NCBI GenBank assembly: GCA_038207085.1
Contig: JBBRAE010000009.1
Location: 1 to 64,000, forward strand
DNA: 64,000 bases
Direction: 5' to 3'
Origin: Armatimonadota bacterium
GTDB taxonomy: Bacteria > Armatimonadota > UBA5829 > DTLH01
Shown: in pieces, positions 10,501-18,773 of the stretch
Numbering within the stretch: position 1 is the stretch's first letter
Layout of the letters: every line of letters begins with the position of its first letter
Notes under the pieces: generated by a model
The model's input: only the letters and a program-made list of their open reading frames with translations
Database searches by the model: none
Told to the model about the DNA's origin: nothing
Translations under genes and position numbers: made by a program

Positions 10501-11447
10501 GGACGTTTGGTGTGAAGATCGACCACCTGGGCTTTATGAACCCCCACTGGGCCGGGATGCACGACTCCGGGCAGGGCGGCGGCGGTGGAATGCTCACCAC
10601 ACCCGAGTTCCGCCACTATGGGATCACCCGCGAGGACGTGCGGTTTGTTCCTTACTGGAGAAATGCCTCAATCGTGAAGAAGACGGGCCAGGGGCTTATG
10701 ACGAGCATCTGGCGGCGGCCTGGTGCGGCTATCATCGCCGTGCTGAACTACGGCTTGGACCCGGCGGATGAGGAGAAGACCCGAGCCTGCGATATCACAC
10801 TGAACCTTGCGGCGCTTGGTATTCCCGCAGGCGCCAAGGGCGAGATGCTCCGCGTGCGCGATCTGTTCAGTACCCCGCAGATCGTCGACAGTCACCTGAA
10901 GTCCTACAAGTGGTACAACGACATCCCTCAGTCCGATGTTCCCGGCGGGTACAGTGGACAGAGGGACAAGATATCGATGCCTGTCACGCCAACGCTTGAC
11001 GCAAAGACCGGCCGTGTCTCAGGCTTTGGGATCAACTACCACGAGGTTCGCTACGTTCTCGTGACATGGGACGAGACTCCGATCAACGACAAGGCCTGGA
11101 AGTCGATTATCTTGGCTGATCAGCGAAAGTCGGCGCTTGAGTGGGGAGTCAACACCGCTGTGCTGCTCACCCCTGCTGAGACTGCAAAGGTCGTCAAGGC
11201 CGACGGCGTCAAGGTAAACGTCTGGAAGCAGCCGGGAACGGTGATGCTTCGGGTCGTGAACCCCTCCGACAAGGCGCTCGACGCGACGATAACCCTCGAC
11301 CAGGCGAAGCTTGGTGTGAAGGTGAAGAAGCTCTGGGCGCAGTTCGTCCAGTGCCTGGGCGGTGAGCTCAACGCTGAGACCGGCGTCCTGATTGTAAGTG
11401 GGATCAAACCCGGCGAATCGAAGATGGTGTATATCGATCTGAACTAG
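7548..11447 (+). CDS. Large secreted putative carbohydrate-active protein (CBM9-like N-terminus, DUF6067/GH-like core)
   Basis: AAGGA SD before ATG7548; signal peptide; PTIDGVIGDVEW...AWDERHLYIA CBM9-like motif; LWVGNEYRGLCWFADSDKGW segment. Confidence 0.7.
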   Translation: MRRNFVLLAICLAVAACAVSTAFAGATAKFSDDQVGKYTIPYISKSPTIDGVIGDVEWKDSVKVMGVIGLHYGGQFIDRPISFRVAWDERHLYIAARTDILPGHRLYRQKRERYDTGVVYDDSWEFGIFMHDRNKKAGEASGFMKLVVNSLGSGEYMKLYPSIGQNMYNWQPDMQIQNRLYKVDGREWWDIEIAADLEDLEMPVENKVGDKVDLLFAADVKNPGWQWLDYPSASLHLEHYGFPRAILTKDQPYIQIERFSGLSDNKIDLKAVIYNPGDKPAALDAKVTVDFYPTGKEGEKTQSVVDDMRTVTVPAKGSVRFDLDKSFPEIKYPKTTWGTFQNYSLYRINIASAGDASAAPVYYYECKFAGPDTTNLTAIPRTAVFDCEMQYNPVNGHLLLSGDTLDAQIPSGTKVAAMTYAVTRDGETVKQGKITQYVNYKYEDMIVLPNLASGEYKVKLTLVDASGRELVSLDDIKFSKKDEAKDYSAWWNNKLGDSDKVLKPFAPLVVKANSVTCTRREYKMDSLGLPAQIISNGGKLLTRPAQIVLTIGGKEYAVPVKGTVKFTSKKDYRVEFVGPKTEVAGVVFSSKGWMEQDGLVNIDLTYAPKSKPVQVQAMRVEWPVDGAMGSWMNCIGGIGGNYAPRTIGKVPGGKGMVWDTLSGIGKAGSTMIVGNWESNLWVGNEYRGLCWFADSDKGWVPNDKIPAHALVRKGNEVAICNNIIGQTKGEAAFKLSSARTIQLQYNATPFRHLAKGWRLNQVSAANGFSASYYKTNEKTKEDYFSILCMPSSDTNDWPYYYDKYKKSAEENSKKGFYSIGPRLTWFLTNQIALRGYMDKTLEPGLYDYFRADWVPGNESLNKSYTDYMIYLMNRHMREGGVTHYYFDISFSRDAVSLPAGLGYRLPDGRVQPTSMDGTLRDWYKRVWALAQENDLYPGAVSGHATNSICLRALPWADAILDSEYPMQDPITVYPPDRMIAASYPGTFGVKIDHLGFMNPHWAGMHDSGQGGGGGMLTTPEFRHYGITREDVRFVPYWRNASIVKKTGQGLMTSIWRRPGAAIIAVLNYGLDPADEEKTRACDITLNLAALGIPAGAKGEMLRVRDLFSTPQIVDSHLKSYKWYNDIPQSDVPGGYSGQRDKISMPVTPTLDAKTGRVSGFGINYHEVRYVLVTWDETPINDKAWKSIILADQRKSALEWGVNTAVLLTPAETAKVVKADGVKVNVWKQPGTVMLRVVNPSDKALDATITLDQAKLGVKVKKLWAQFVQCLGGELNAETGVLIVSGIKPGESKMVYIDLN

Positions 11448-11465
11448 CTTCGGTTACAATCAAAC

Positions 11466-11505
11466 AAAAAAGCGCCACCCCAGTCATTTCGGGGTGGCGC
11501 TTTTT
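11466..11505. terminator. Bidirectional intrinsic terminator
   Basis: AAAAAAGCGCCACCCC ... GGGGTGGCGCTTTTT between convergent genes. Confidence 0.85.
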
Positions 11506-11523
11506 GATTCTTAATATATGCTG

Positions 11524-11757
11524 CTAAACATCGTCCAGGGACGAGTTATACTCATCAATAGTCAGCCCAAGGTCTCGAATGATTTTGCGCAATAGCGGTC
11601 ACACAATCACCTGAGATCCGTGGTTTGGAATGACTACGGTCTGCCCCTCATCGCTTCGAAAAGTATTGTGGCTTTCGCAGCAACGGACCCAGTGGAAACC
11701 GTGCTTTTCAGAGAGTTTCCGAAGTTCGCTGTAAGTGACGAGTCGCAGCTTTGTCAC
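11524..11757 (-). pseudogene. hicA: HicA toxin with internal TGA at codon 53
   Basis: Manual translation MTKLRLVTYSELRKLSEKHGFHWVRCCESHNTFRSDEGQTVVIPNHGSQVIV*PLLRKIIRDLGLTIDEY; TGA at 11599-11601. Confidence 0.85.
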
Positions 11758-11972
11758 GCGGCGATCTCTACCTTAATGGTTCCGACGAAGTCGGGCCGGG
11801 GAGTCTCAACATCCGAGCTGTCAAGATAAGCGGTGATTGCTTCCCTGATGTTCGATTCCAGCATTGGTAGGTTGGGAGCCTGCGTGTAGCATCCAGCCAG
11901 CTCGACTACTTCACCCACCAGCTAGCCGCTTTCGGGATCGCGTTCGATCACTACTGTAAATGTCTGTTTCAT
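11754..11972 (-). pseudogene. hicB: HicB antitoxin with internal TAG at codon 17
   Basis: MKQTFTVVIERDPESG*LVGEVVELAGCYTQAPNLPMLESNIREAITAYL; TAG at 11922-11924; GTGA overlap with hicA. Confidence 0.85.
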
Positions 11973-12020
11973 ATCAGCCCTCCAGCCACTGGATTATACC
12001 ACGAATACTGGCCGCGTGCT

Positions 12021-12395
12021 TCACACGTTGACAGCTTCGCGCCTTGATGTGGAAAAGCAGATCATGCAGACCGCGTCGTCCTCGCCGATGTTCTCGGCGT
12101 TGTGGGGGACGCCTGCAGGGACGCTTATCGTGTCGCCCGCGGTCATGTCGACCGTTCGGCCTTCTTCCATGCTATGGCGGATCGCGCCAGAAAGCACATG
12201 CACCACTTCGTCGCAGTTGGGATGGATGTGCATAGGGTTCGCTCCACCGTGTTTGAGCACAAGCCGCCCGACGGTGAGCGTATCGGAGGTTCCGGCGTCT
12301 CCTGAGACAAACCAGGTGATCGAGCCAAACGACATCTCACTTGCGGCCAGATCGTCTTTTCGAACAACACTTGTCGGCATCAATTTATCTCCCAA
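12021..12395 (-). CDS. Cupin domain protein
   Basis: PMHIHPNCDEVVHVLSG and GDTISVPAGVPHNAEN cupin motifs. Confidence 0.9.
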   Translation of the reverse strand: MGDKLMPTSVVRKDDLAASEMSFGSITWFVSGDAGTSDTLTVGRLVLKHGGANPMHIHPNCDEVVHVLSGAIRHSMEEGRTVDMTAGDTISVPAGVPHNAENIGEDDAVCMICFSTSRREAVNV

Positions 12396-12401
12396 TTACA
12401 G

Positions 12402-14342
12402 CTATTTGATTGTCAGATCTTCCACGTCGGCCTCGATGCGACCGATGTCGTGGCAGACCGCTTCCCATTCGGCATAAAGCCCTTCAAGTTTGGCTTGAAG
12501 CGTGTGGTATTCTTCAGAAAGTCCCTTGGATGAGCCGTTTCGGTAGTTTTCTTCATCGGAGAGCGCTTCGGTGAGCTCGTTCATACGCGCTTCGGTTGTC
12601 TCTATACCGATTTCTGTTTGCCCACGCTGCTTTTCAAGATCGCGAAGCTCGCGCTGGAGTGACTTTAGAGGCGAGTCCGGTCGGCGCCTGGTGGGCTCGG
12701 GGACATTGCGCCTTTGGACAAACGCGGGAATCGCCTCTTCGGCAGCAGGCGCGACGCGGTCGCGGTAGTCGGAATAATTGCCGAGGAAGAACTTCGCGCC
12801 GCCATCTCTGATCTCAAATATCCCACCCGCGATCGCGTCGAGCAGGTAGCGGTCGTGCGAAGCGACCAATACCGTCCCGTCAAAGGTCCGAAGCGCCTCT
12901 TCGAGCGCCTCGCGGCTCTGGATGTCGAGGTGGTTAGTCGGCTCGTCGAGGAGCAGCATATTGGGCGCGTTTGCAAGCACCTTGGCGAGCGCAAGGCGGC
13001 ACATCTCGCCACCTGAGAGCACTTCGACCTTCTTAAAGGCGTCGTCGCCCATAAACAAGAACTGCGCCAGGATGTCGCGGGCCTGCCCGGAGGTGATGTC
13101 GGCGTCGGCGAGAAGCTCTTCAAGCACGGTGTGCGTGGGGGAGAGGTGGTCAAACTCCTGTGCGAAGTAGACCGGATCCACCTTGTGCCCGAACTCGAAG
13201 TCGCCCGAGTCGGCCTCTATGCGCTCTGCGAGTATCTTCAAAAGCGTGGTCTTGCCGGATCCGTTTGGCCCGACGACCCCGATCTTCTGCCCGCGCTCGA
13301 CCAGAAAATCCATCTCCGAGAAAAGCGTTTTGCCGGGGTAGCTCTTTGAAAGCCCCGAAATCTTCAACACTTCACGACCGCTTCGCGCAGCCGGTGTGAG
13401 GTTCGCCTTGATCGTGCGCCGCTCGCTAGTCAGTCCAAGCCGCTGGATGCGTTCGAGCTGCTTGATCTTGTTGTCGCGGCGGCTGAACTTGCGGTCGCTG
13501 AAAAGCGTCTGGATGGTGCTTTCAAGGCGCGCGATTTCTTTTTGCTGGGTCTTGTAGAGCTTGCGCTGCTCCTCGATGCGCTCGGCCCGCTGTTGGGCAA
13601 ACGCCGAGTAGTTGCCGGGGTAGGATATCGCCCGCCCCGCCTCGATCTCAACGACCTTGTCGACCACGTGATCGAGAAAATACCGGTCGTGGCTGACTAT
13701 CAGCGCCGCGCCCTTGAAACGGTCCTGCAGAAACGACTGCAGCCAGTCGCAGGCCTCTATATCGAGGTGGTTTGTCGGCTCGTCGAGGAGGAGCACGTCC
13801 GGGGAGGCAAGCAGGAGCCTCGCGAGCGCAGCGCGTGTCTTTTGTCCTCCTGAAAGCGAACGCACGGGCTTGTCGAACTCGCTTTCGGCGAACCCGAGCC
13901 CGACCAGGATCGCACGCGCCTGCATCTGGAAATCGAACCCACCCAGTGTGTCGAACTTGTGGCTGAGCTCGGCGTAGCGGTTCCCGAGCCTGTGGGCCTC
14001 TTCGCCGTGGGACTCGTGCACCCGCCGTTCTACCTCTGCAAGTTCAGTGGCGCAGGCAAGAAGCTCCGGGGTGACACCCATCACCGCGAGATGCAGCGCC
14101 GCCTCGTCGGGAAGATCGACCTCCTGAGGAAGGTACCCGATGCTGATCCCCGGCTCTTTGCTGACGGACCCGGAGTCAGCCGTCGCCTCGTCGCAGATGA
14201 TCCGCAGAAGCGTCGTTTTTCCCGAGCCGTTCGCCCCGATTAGCGCGACCCGCTCCCATTCGTTGATGTGAAACGATATCTCGCCGAAGAGCTCGCGAGC
14301 GCCGAACGTCTTTTTTAAGTTGGAAAGTGTAATAACTGCCAT
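12402..14342 (-). CDS. ABC-F family ATP-binding protein (ribosome-associated)
   Basis: Two NBDs (GANGSGKT, GPNGSGKT, LSGG, LLLDEPTNHLD), no TM segments, C-terminal coiled coil. Confidence 0.93.
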   Translation of the reverse strand: MAVITLSNLKKTFGARELFGEISFHINEWERVALIGANGSGKTTLLRIICDEATADSGSVSKEPGISIGYLPQEVDLPDEAALHLAVMGVTPELLACATELAEVERRVHESHGEEAHRLGNRYAELSHKFDTLGGFDFQMQARAILVGLGFAESEFDKPVRSLSGGQKTRAALARLLLASPDVLLLDEPTNHLDIEACDWLQSFLQDRFKGAALIVSHDRYFLDHVVDKVVEIEAGRAISYPGNYSAFAQQRAERIEEQRKLYKTQQKEIARLESTIQTLFSDRKFSRRDNKIKQLERIQRLGLTSERRTIKANLTPAARSGREVLKISGLSKSYPGKTLFSEMDFLVERGQKIGVVGPNGSGKTTLLKILAERIEADSGDFEFGHKVDPVYFAQEFDHLSPTHTVLEELLADADITSGQARDILAQFLFMGDDAFKKVEVLSGGEMCRLALAKVLANAPNMLLLDEPTNHLDIQSREALEEALRTFDGTVLVASHDRYLLDAIAGGIFEIRDGGAKFFLGNYSDYRDRVAPAAEEAIPAFVQRRNVPEPTRRRPDSPLKSLQRELRDLEKQRGQTEIGIETTEARMNELTEALSDEENYRNGSSKGLSEEYHTLQAKLEGLYAEWEAVCHDIGRIEADVEDLTIK

Positions 14343-14449
14343 AATTTGCCGAAAAGGCCACAGGAGACTGATCCCGCGGCCACGAATACATTTTACAGTA
14401 GGCGAGGGGATGCGTCAAACAAAATACTCGGCACGAGGATCGATAGACG

Positions 14450-15010
14450 ATGAACAGAAGCTACAGCGATATGACTCTTGGGGAGTTTTTGGAGGCTCTT
14501 GGTTCGAAAACCTCCAGTCCGGCAGCCGGTAGCGCCTGTGCGGTTGCCCTGTCCATGGCCGCAGCGCTTGTTGAAATGTCCGCCGGCTATCTGGGTGATG
14601 ACACCTCCGTAAGTGAGTGCGTCGACCTCCGCCATAGGTCCCTTGAGCTTGCGCAGGCCGACACCGACGCCTATTCCAGCGTCTTGACCGCGCGAAAGCT
14701 TCCTCGGGATACTCCCGAACAGGAGGTCGCCCGTACCAAAGCTATAGAAGATGCTCTGCAGGCTGCAACCGACGTGCCGATCCGCATCGGTGAGTCTGCG
14801 GTTCGGGTGACGGAGCTTGCCCATCGTGTTGCCGGGTTAGGAGTGTCGAGCGTTGCGGGTGACGCGCTTGCCGGGGCCGAGCTTGCAACTGCGGCGGCCA
14901 GGGGGTGCTATCAACTTATCAGGCAGAACCTTGTGGGGGTTCACGATCAAAGTTACCTGGAAAGTGCCCGATCTAGGGCCGCTGAGTTTGTGGGCAGAGC
15001 GTCAAGGTAA
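14450..15010 (+). CDS. Cyclodeaminase/cyclohydrolase (FTCD_C) family protein
   Basis: FLEALGSKTSSPAAGSACA...DTDAY...ATDVP pattern. Confidence 0.85.
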   Translation: MNRSYSDMTLGEFLEALGSKTSSPAAGSACAVALSMAAALVEMSAGYLGDDTSVSECVDLRHRSLELAQADTDAYSSVLTARKLPRDTPEQEVARTKAIEDALQAATDVPIRIGESAVRVTELAHRVAGLGVSSVAGDALAGAELATAAARGCYQLIRQNLVGVHDQSYLESARSRAAEFVGRASR

Positions 15011-15011
15011 T

Positions 15012-15043
15012 AAAAGCCGGAGCGAGAGTTCGCTCCGGCTTTT
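15012..15043. terminator. Bidirectional intrinsic terminator
   Basis: AAAAGCCGGAGCGA-GAGT-TCGCTCCGGCTTTT. Confidence 0.85.
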
Positions 15044-15084
15044 GATATCCAAAACATACCTGACCAGTAAGTTTCTTCTTCTGT

Positions 15085-15732
15085 TTAGCTTCTTCTTCTG
15101 CGGGTGAACCCCAGAAGACTTACGACTCCAGCTGAAAGCGCGAGCAAGCCGCCCGGCTCTGGAATCATCGTCGGGGTCAGCGTAAGCTGGAACTGCCCGG
15201 CGGGGGTGCCGTAGTAGGAGTTATCTGTATAAACTTTGAACAGCACGGACTGTCCGTAGGTTACGGTTGAACCAAAGGTGACGTATGCCGACTTGTACAG
15301 ATCGGCAGTTGCGCCGTTGCTGGCGTAAGTGACGTTGCGGATATAGTCCGCATAGGACACGCTTGATCCGGCTCTGCTGCAAGTCACGCTTGTGCCGCTG
15401 TTTCCGAACTCGTCTTCAAGGTTATTGCCAGTGGAGATAGCCACTAGATCGTTGGAGCCAGGGGCGATCTGCATTCCCGCCCAAGCCGCGTTGGTCAGGT
15501 TCTTCATGCTGATCCACCACCAACCCTTGAACACCGTGGTGTTTCCGCCGAGGGATTCGTCGTGGGTGATGGCCATAGTCGTGGCCGACTCATTGTTCCA
15601 GTTGACTTCTGTGGTGATCGGTACGTTGTTTCCGTCCACAAGTCCGGTATGCGTCGTGCCATAGTCTGCCACTGCATAGTTCGGCCTTAGGAGAACGCCA
15701 AGAACTGCTACTATAAGAAAACTCTTTTTCAT
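15085..15732 (-). CDS. PEP-CTERM sorting domain surface protein
   Basis: Signal peptide; C-terminal IPEPGGLLALSAGVVSLLGFTRRRS; GGAGG SD. Confidence 0.9.
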   Translation of the reverse strand: MKKSFLIVAVLGVLLRPNYAVADYGTTHTGLVDGNNVPITTEVNWNNESATTMAITHDESLGGNTTVFKGWWWISMKNLTNAAWAGMQIAPGSNDLVAISTGNNLEDEFGNSGTSVTCSRAGSSVSYADYIRNVTYASNGATADLYKSAYVTFGSTVTYGQSVLFKVYTDNSYYGTPAGQFQLTLTPTMIPEPGGLLALSAGVVSLLGFTRRRRS

Positions 15733-15859
15733 TTGCTACCTCCCGGTCAATATGTTGCGCTTCTAAGATCTTCGCTTTCGCGGCCTGTGCCGGCTGCCCC
15801 AGCCGCACGACCTGCGGGCAAATGATCATACTACGAGACAATGCTATTATCCCAACTGC

Positions 15860-15888
15860 AATGTAGCACGCGGATGTACGGTTGTCAA
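15860..15888 (-). promoter_or_regulatory. Sigma70-type promoter TTGACA-17bp-TACATT (extended TG) for the PEP-CTERM gene
   Basis: Minus-strand TTGACA 15888-15883 and TACATT 15865-15860. Confidence 0.6.
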
Positions 15889-16105
15889 CGGTTGATTGAG
15901 TGAAATAACATTGAAGTATGAGGATAATACCTGACATTTATCTCGCAGTGTGTGGCTCTCTAATGAACCCAAGTGAAGTCGTACCGCAGTGTGACACTCA
16001 GTGATTGTGGTGGGTGGCAGGGTTGAAGTCGAGAATTGGGGGAGCTGAGGCGACCCATTGGCAAATAGCCTCAGAAGAAAGCAGTTGGCGGAGCAGGCTA
16101 GCAAG

Positions 16106-16137
16106 AGCTTTATTCGCTTCACGAATAAAGCGGGCTA
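16106..16137. repeat. Hairpin-GCGGGCTA element (family also at 54792, 61307, 61354)
   Basis: AGCTTTATTCGCTTCACGAATAAAGCGGGCTA; one mismatch to 61354-61385. Confidence 0.85.
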
Positions 16138-16938
16138 GAAATCGATCCCCTCGACCCTCGCGCGTCGCTCACAGATTTTTATAAAGTCGCAGCAGTCGCA
16201 CGCCGGGATGTGGCAGGGTTGAAGCTCGGTTTCTTCGGTGATTGCGAGCATGTCGCTTGCGACCTGTCTTATCATCAGCTCAAGTTCGGCGAGTTCTGCG
16301 TTGGTGAGCTCGGCTGAGGCCTGGTGGCCGGTGCGCAGGCAGTGGATGGTTGCGATCGACCGTCTGCCCGGGTATTTGCGCTTGACCAGGAACTGGTAGA
16401 TGCTCATCGCGAGGTCGTCATGAATCTGCTCGGAAGTGACCGACGCGCGCCCGCTTTTGTAGTCGATGATCTCCAAGGCGCCGTCGGGGTGCTCGTCGAG
16501 GCGGTCGAGCCTGCCTGTTAGAATAAATTCCCCCATATCCTCACGTAGCTGCTTTTCGGTTAGGATCGTCACCGCGCCCGAACGAGAGTTTTTGTAGTAC
16601 TCGTGGAGCATGTTTTCCCCAAGTTCGAGGTGCTCGCTTTCTTGCTCGCTTGAGGTGTACCCGATGCTCGTCCAGGTGTTCTTTAGCCGCTCGGCTAGCT
16701 GCTCTGGGCTTTGGGTGTCGTGCCCGCCTGAGCTGTGGAAGTCGGCGATCGCCCGGTGCAGCGACGCGCCGAAGCTGTCGCCGATGTTCGGCGTGTAGTA
16801 GTAGCGGCCAACTTTTGTAACGTAGATCAGCTTGTATTTGAGCGGACAAGTGAGAAAAATCCGCATCTTGGTCGGGCTGATCTCAGGTTTTCGCGGTTTG
16901 CGCGCCTTTTTTGGTTGTGTGAGCGATAAAAGTGCCAT
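16135..16938 (-). CDS. PD-(D/E)XK nuclease, RecB/AddB/Cas4-like, with Fe-S-type cysteines
   Basis: ISPTK..FLTCPLKY, GRLDRLD...IIDYKSG, C-terminal CDCCDFIKIC. Confidence 0.88.
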   Translation of the reverse strand: MALLSLTQPKKARKPRKPEISPTKMRIFLTCPLKYKLIYVTKVGRYYYTPNIGDSFGASLHRAIADFHSSGGHDTQSPEQLAERLKNTWTSIGYTSSEQESEHLELGENMLHEYYKNSRSGAVTILTEKQLREDMGEFILTGRLDRLDEHPDGALEIIDYKSGRASVTSEQIHDDLAMSIYQFLVKRKYPGRRSIATIHCLRTGHQASAELTNAELAELELMIRQVASDMLAITEETELQPCHIPACDCCDFIKICERRARVEGIDF

Positions 16939-16978
16939 CTCCTACATGATACCAGAGATGACGGAATTATCGTAATAA

Positions 16979-17088
16979 TTTGGAGTGCGCCGTCGAGACG
17001 GCACTTTGATTTTCGACTTTAGATGAATCTTTCGCAAAGGTTATTCTTCGCCCGAAAATAAAGTGGCATCGAGATGCCGCACTCCAAA
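16979..17088. repeat. REP-like inverted pair TTTGGAGTGCG...CGCACTCCAAA
   Basis: Terminal inverted repeats, each with an internal palindrome (GCCGTCGAGACGGC; GGCATCGAGATGCC). Confidence 0.75.
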
Positions 17089-17119
17089 CGTGTTTGGCTC
17101 GTCCTCTGTAATTGGCAAC

Positions 17120-17326
17120 TTATTCCACCTGCCCAACGCCGGACATCACATCGCTCATACTTGAAAACTGCTGGTCAGGAAGCTGTTCCAGGATGTCGAT
17201 AATCTCCTGAGGAGAGTTGTTATCCTCAGCGTGGCTGACGATCTCTTCTTTGGAGGCGGGAAAAGCTATTCCCTCAAGGAAATTGGCGATGTTGGCGGAC
17301 GATCTGCCGCCCATACCTCGTGTCAT
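17120..17326 (-). CDS. DUF2795 family small protein
   Basis: FLEGIAFPASKEEIVSHAEDN...LEQLPDQQFSSMSDV; GGAGG SD. Confidence 0.85.
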   Translation of the reverse strand: MTRGMGGRSSANIANFLEGIAFPASKEEIVSHAEDNNSPQEIIDILEQLPDQQFSSMSDVMSGVGQVE

Positions 17327-17451
17327 ACGCAGTCACCTCCTCGTGGCCCCAAATGCACTGTCGACGACAGTGTATTACCACCGTCAGAGGAAAAGTATGG
17401 CGAGCGGGCGGTAGGTGACTTTTTGGCGTAAGCGCAGTACAATGGGTCGGT

Positions 17452-18732
17452 ATGAATGATATGGTTTCAATCAAGATAAACGATCTGGTGGTCGGCTACG
17501 ATGCGTCGCCTGTGCTTGCGGGTGTCACGCTTGAGGTGTCGGGCGGCCAGTTCGTCGGAATAGTCGGGCCAAACGGCTCTGGCAAGACGACGCTTTTGCG
17601 CGCGATAGCGCGGGTTCTTCGGCCAAGTTCGGGCGAGGTATTGATAGACGAGCGGGAAGTCTTTTCTATCTCTGCGCGTGAGCTTGCGCGCGAGCAGGCC
17701 GTGGTTCCTCAGGACACGGTCCCGGCGTTTGACTTCACAGCGCTCGAAATTGTGCTGATGGGCCGCTCGCCGCACCTTGGGCGGTTTCAGTCCGAGAGCG
17801 CTTCTGACATGGCGATAACCGAGCAGGCAATGCGCCATACCGGCACCTGGGAGGTCGCCCAGCGGCCTTTTGCGGCGCTTTCTGGGGGAGAGCGCCAGCG
17901 GGTGGTGATCGCCCGTGCGCTTGCCCAGGAGCCAAGGGTGATTCTACTTGACGAGCCGACAAACCACCTCGATATCAACTACCAGTTTGAGATTCTCAGC
18001 CTGATCTCGCGGCTGAACAAAGAACGGGGGCTCACGGTCGTTGCCGTGCTTCACGACCTGAACCTCGCCGCCCAGTACTGCGACACGCTTGTGATGATCG
18101 GGGGGGGCAACGTGCAGGCGATGGGGACTCCGAGCGAGACGCTCACGGCTGAGAACGTGCGCCGCGTTTACGGCGCGGAGGTGTGGGTGCGAAAGCACCC
18201 GACCTCGGGCAGGCCTTACGTGATCGCCGGGATAGGTAAGACGATTGAGCGCGAGGCCGACAGGTTCGACCGTCGCCCCAAGGTGCATGTGATCTGTGGA
18301 GGTGGAAGCGGCGCGCCAGTCTTTGCGAAGCTTTTGCGCCGGGGTTACGATGTGAGCGCCGGGGTGATCAACTCAGGCGACACCGACCAGGAGGCCGCCG
18401 ACGCGCTCGGCGTGTCGCACATCAAAGCCCCACCATTTACTCCCATTTCAAAAGATGCCGCCGATCAGGACTTGAAGCTGGCGCGGCAGGCCGACGTGGT
18501 TGTCGTCTCGGATATGCCCTACGGCAACGGAAACCTGCTCTCTGCCGAGGCCGTGTCCGAGCTAATTTCATCGGGCGCGCGGGTGATTCTACTGCGCCCC
18601 GAAAGCGTCCGGCAGCGCGATTTTACAGGTGGGCGCGCCGCGGAGATCATCGAACGCGCCGCAGGGGAGGCAAAGACCGCCGAGAGTCTTGATACTCTGA
18701 CGGAGATAATCGAGTCGGTGATGTCAGATTAG
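17452..18732 (+). CDS. Cobalamin/iron-chelate ABC transporter ATPase (BtuD/FepC-like) with C-terminal extension
   Basis: GPNGSGKT, LSGGERQRV, LHDLNLAAQYCD; extra C-terminal VHVICGGGSG domain. Confidence 0.85.
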   Translation: MNDMVSIKINDLVVGYDASPVLAGVTLEVSGGQFVGIVGPNGSGKTTLLRAIARVLRPSSGEVLIDEREVFSISARELAREQAVVPQDTVPAFDFTALEIVLMGRSPHLGRFQSESASDMAITEQAMRHTGTWEVAQRPFAALSGGERQRVVIARALAQEPRVILLDEPTNHLDINYQFEILSLISRLNKERGLTVVAVLHDLNLAAQYCDTLVMIGGGNVQAMGTPSETLTAENVRRVYGAEVWVRKHPTSGRPYVIAGIGKTIEREADRFDRRPKVHVICGGGSGAPVFAKLLRRGYDVSAGVINSGDTDQEAADALGVSHIKAPPFTPISKDAADQDLKLARQADVVVVSDMPYGNGNLLSAEAVSELISSGARVILLRPESVRQRDFTGGRAAEIIERAAGEAKTAESLDTLTEIIESVMSD

Positions 18733-18773
18733 CGGAGTTTGACCGTATTGAAGCTAATCGGCTATAATACTCG

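Noticed and set aside
16135..17088. CRISPR array near the Cas4-like gene
   Set aside because: No regularly spaced direct repeats anywhere in the window
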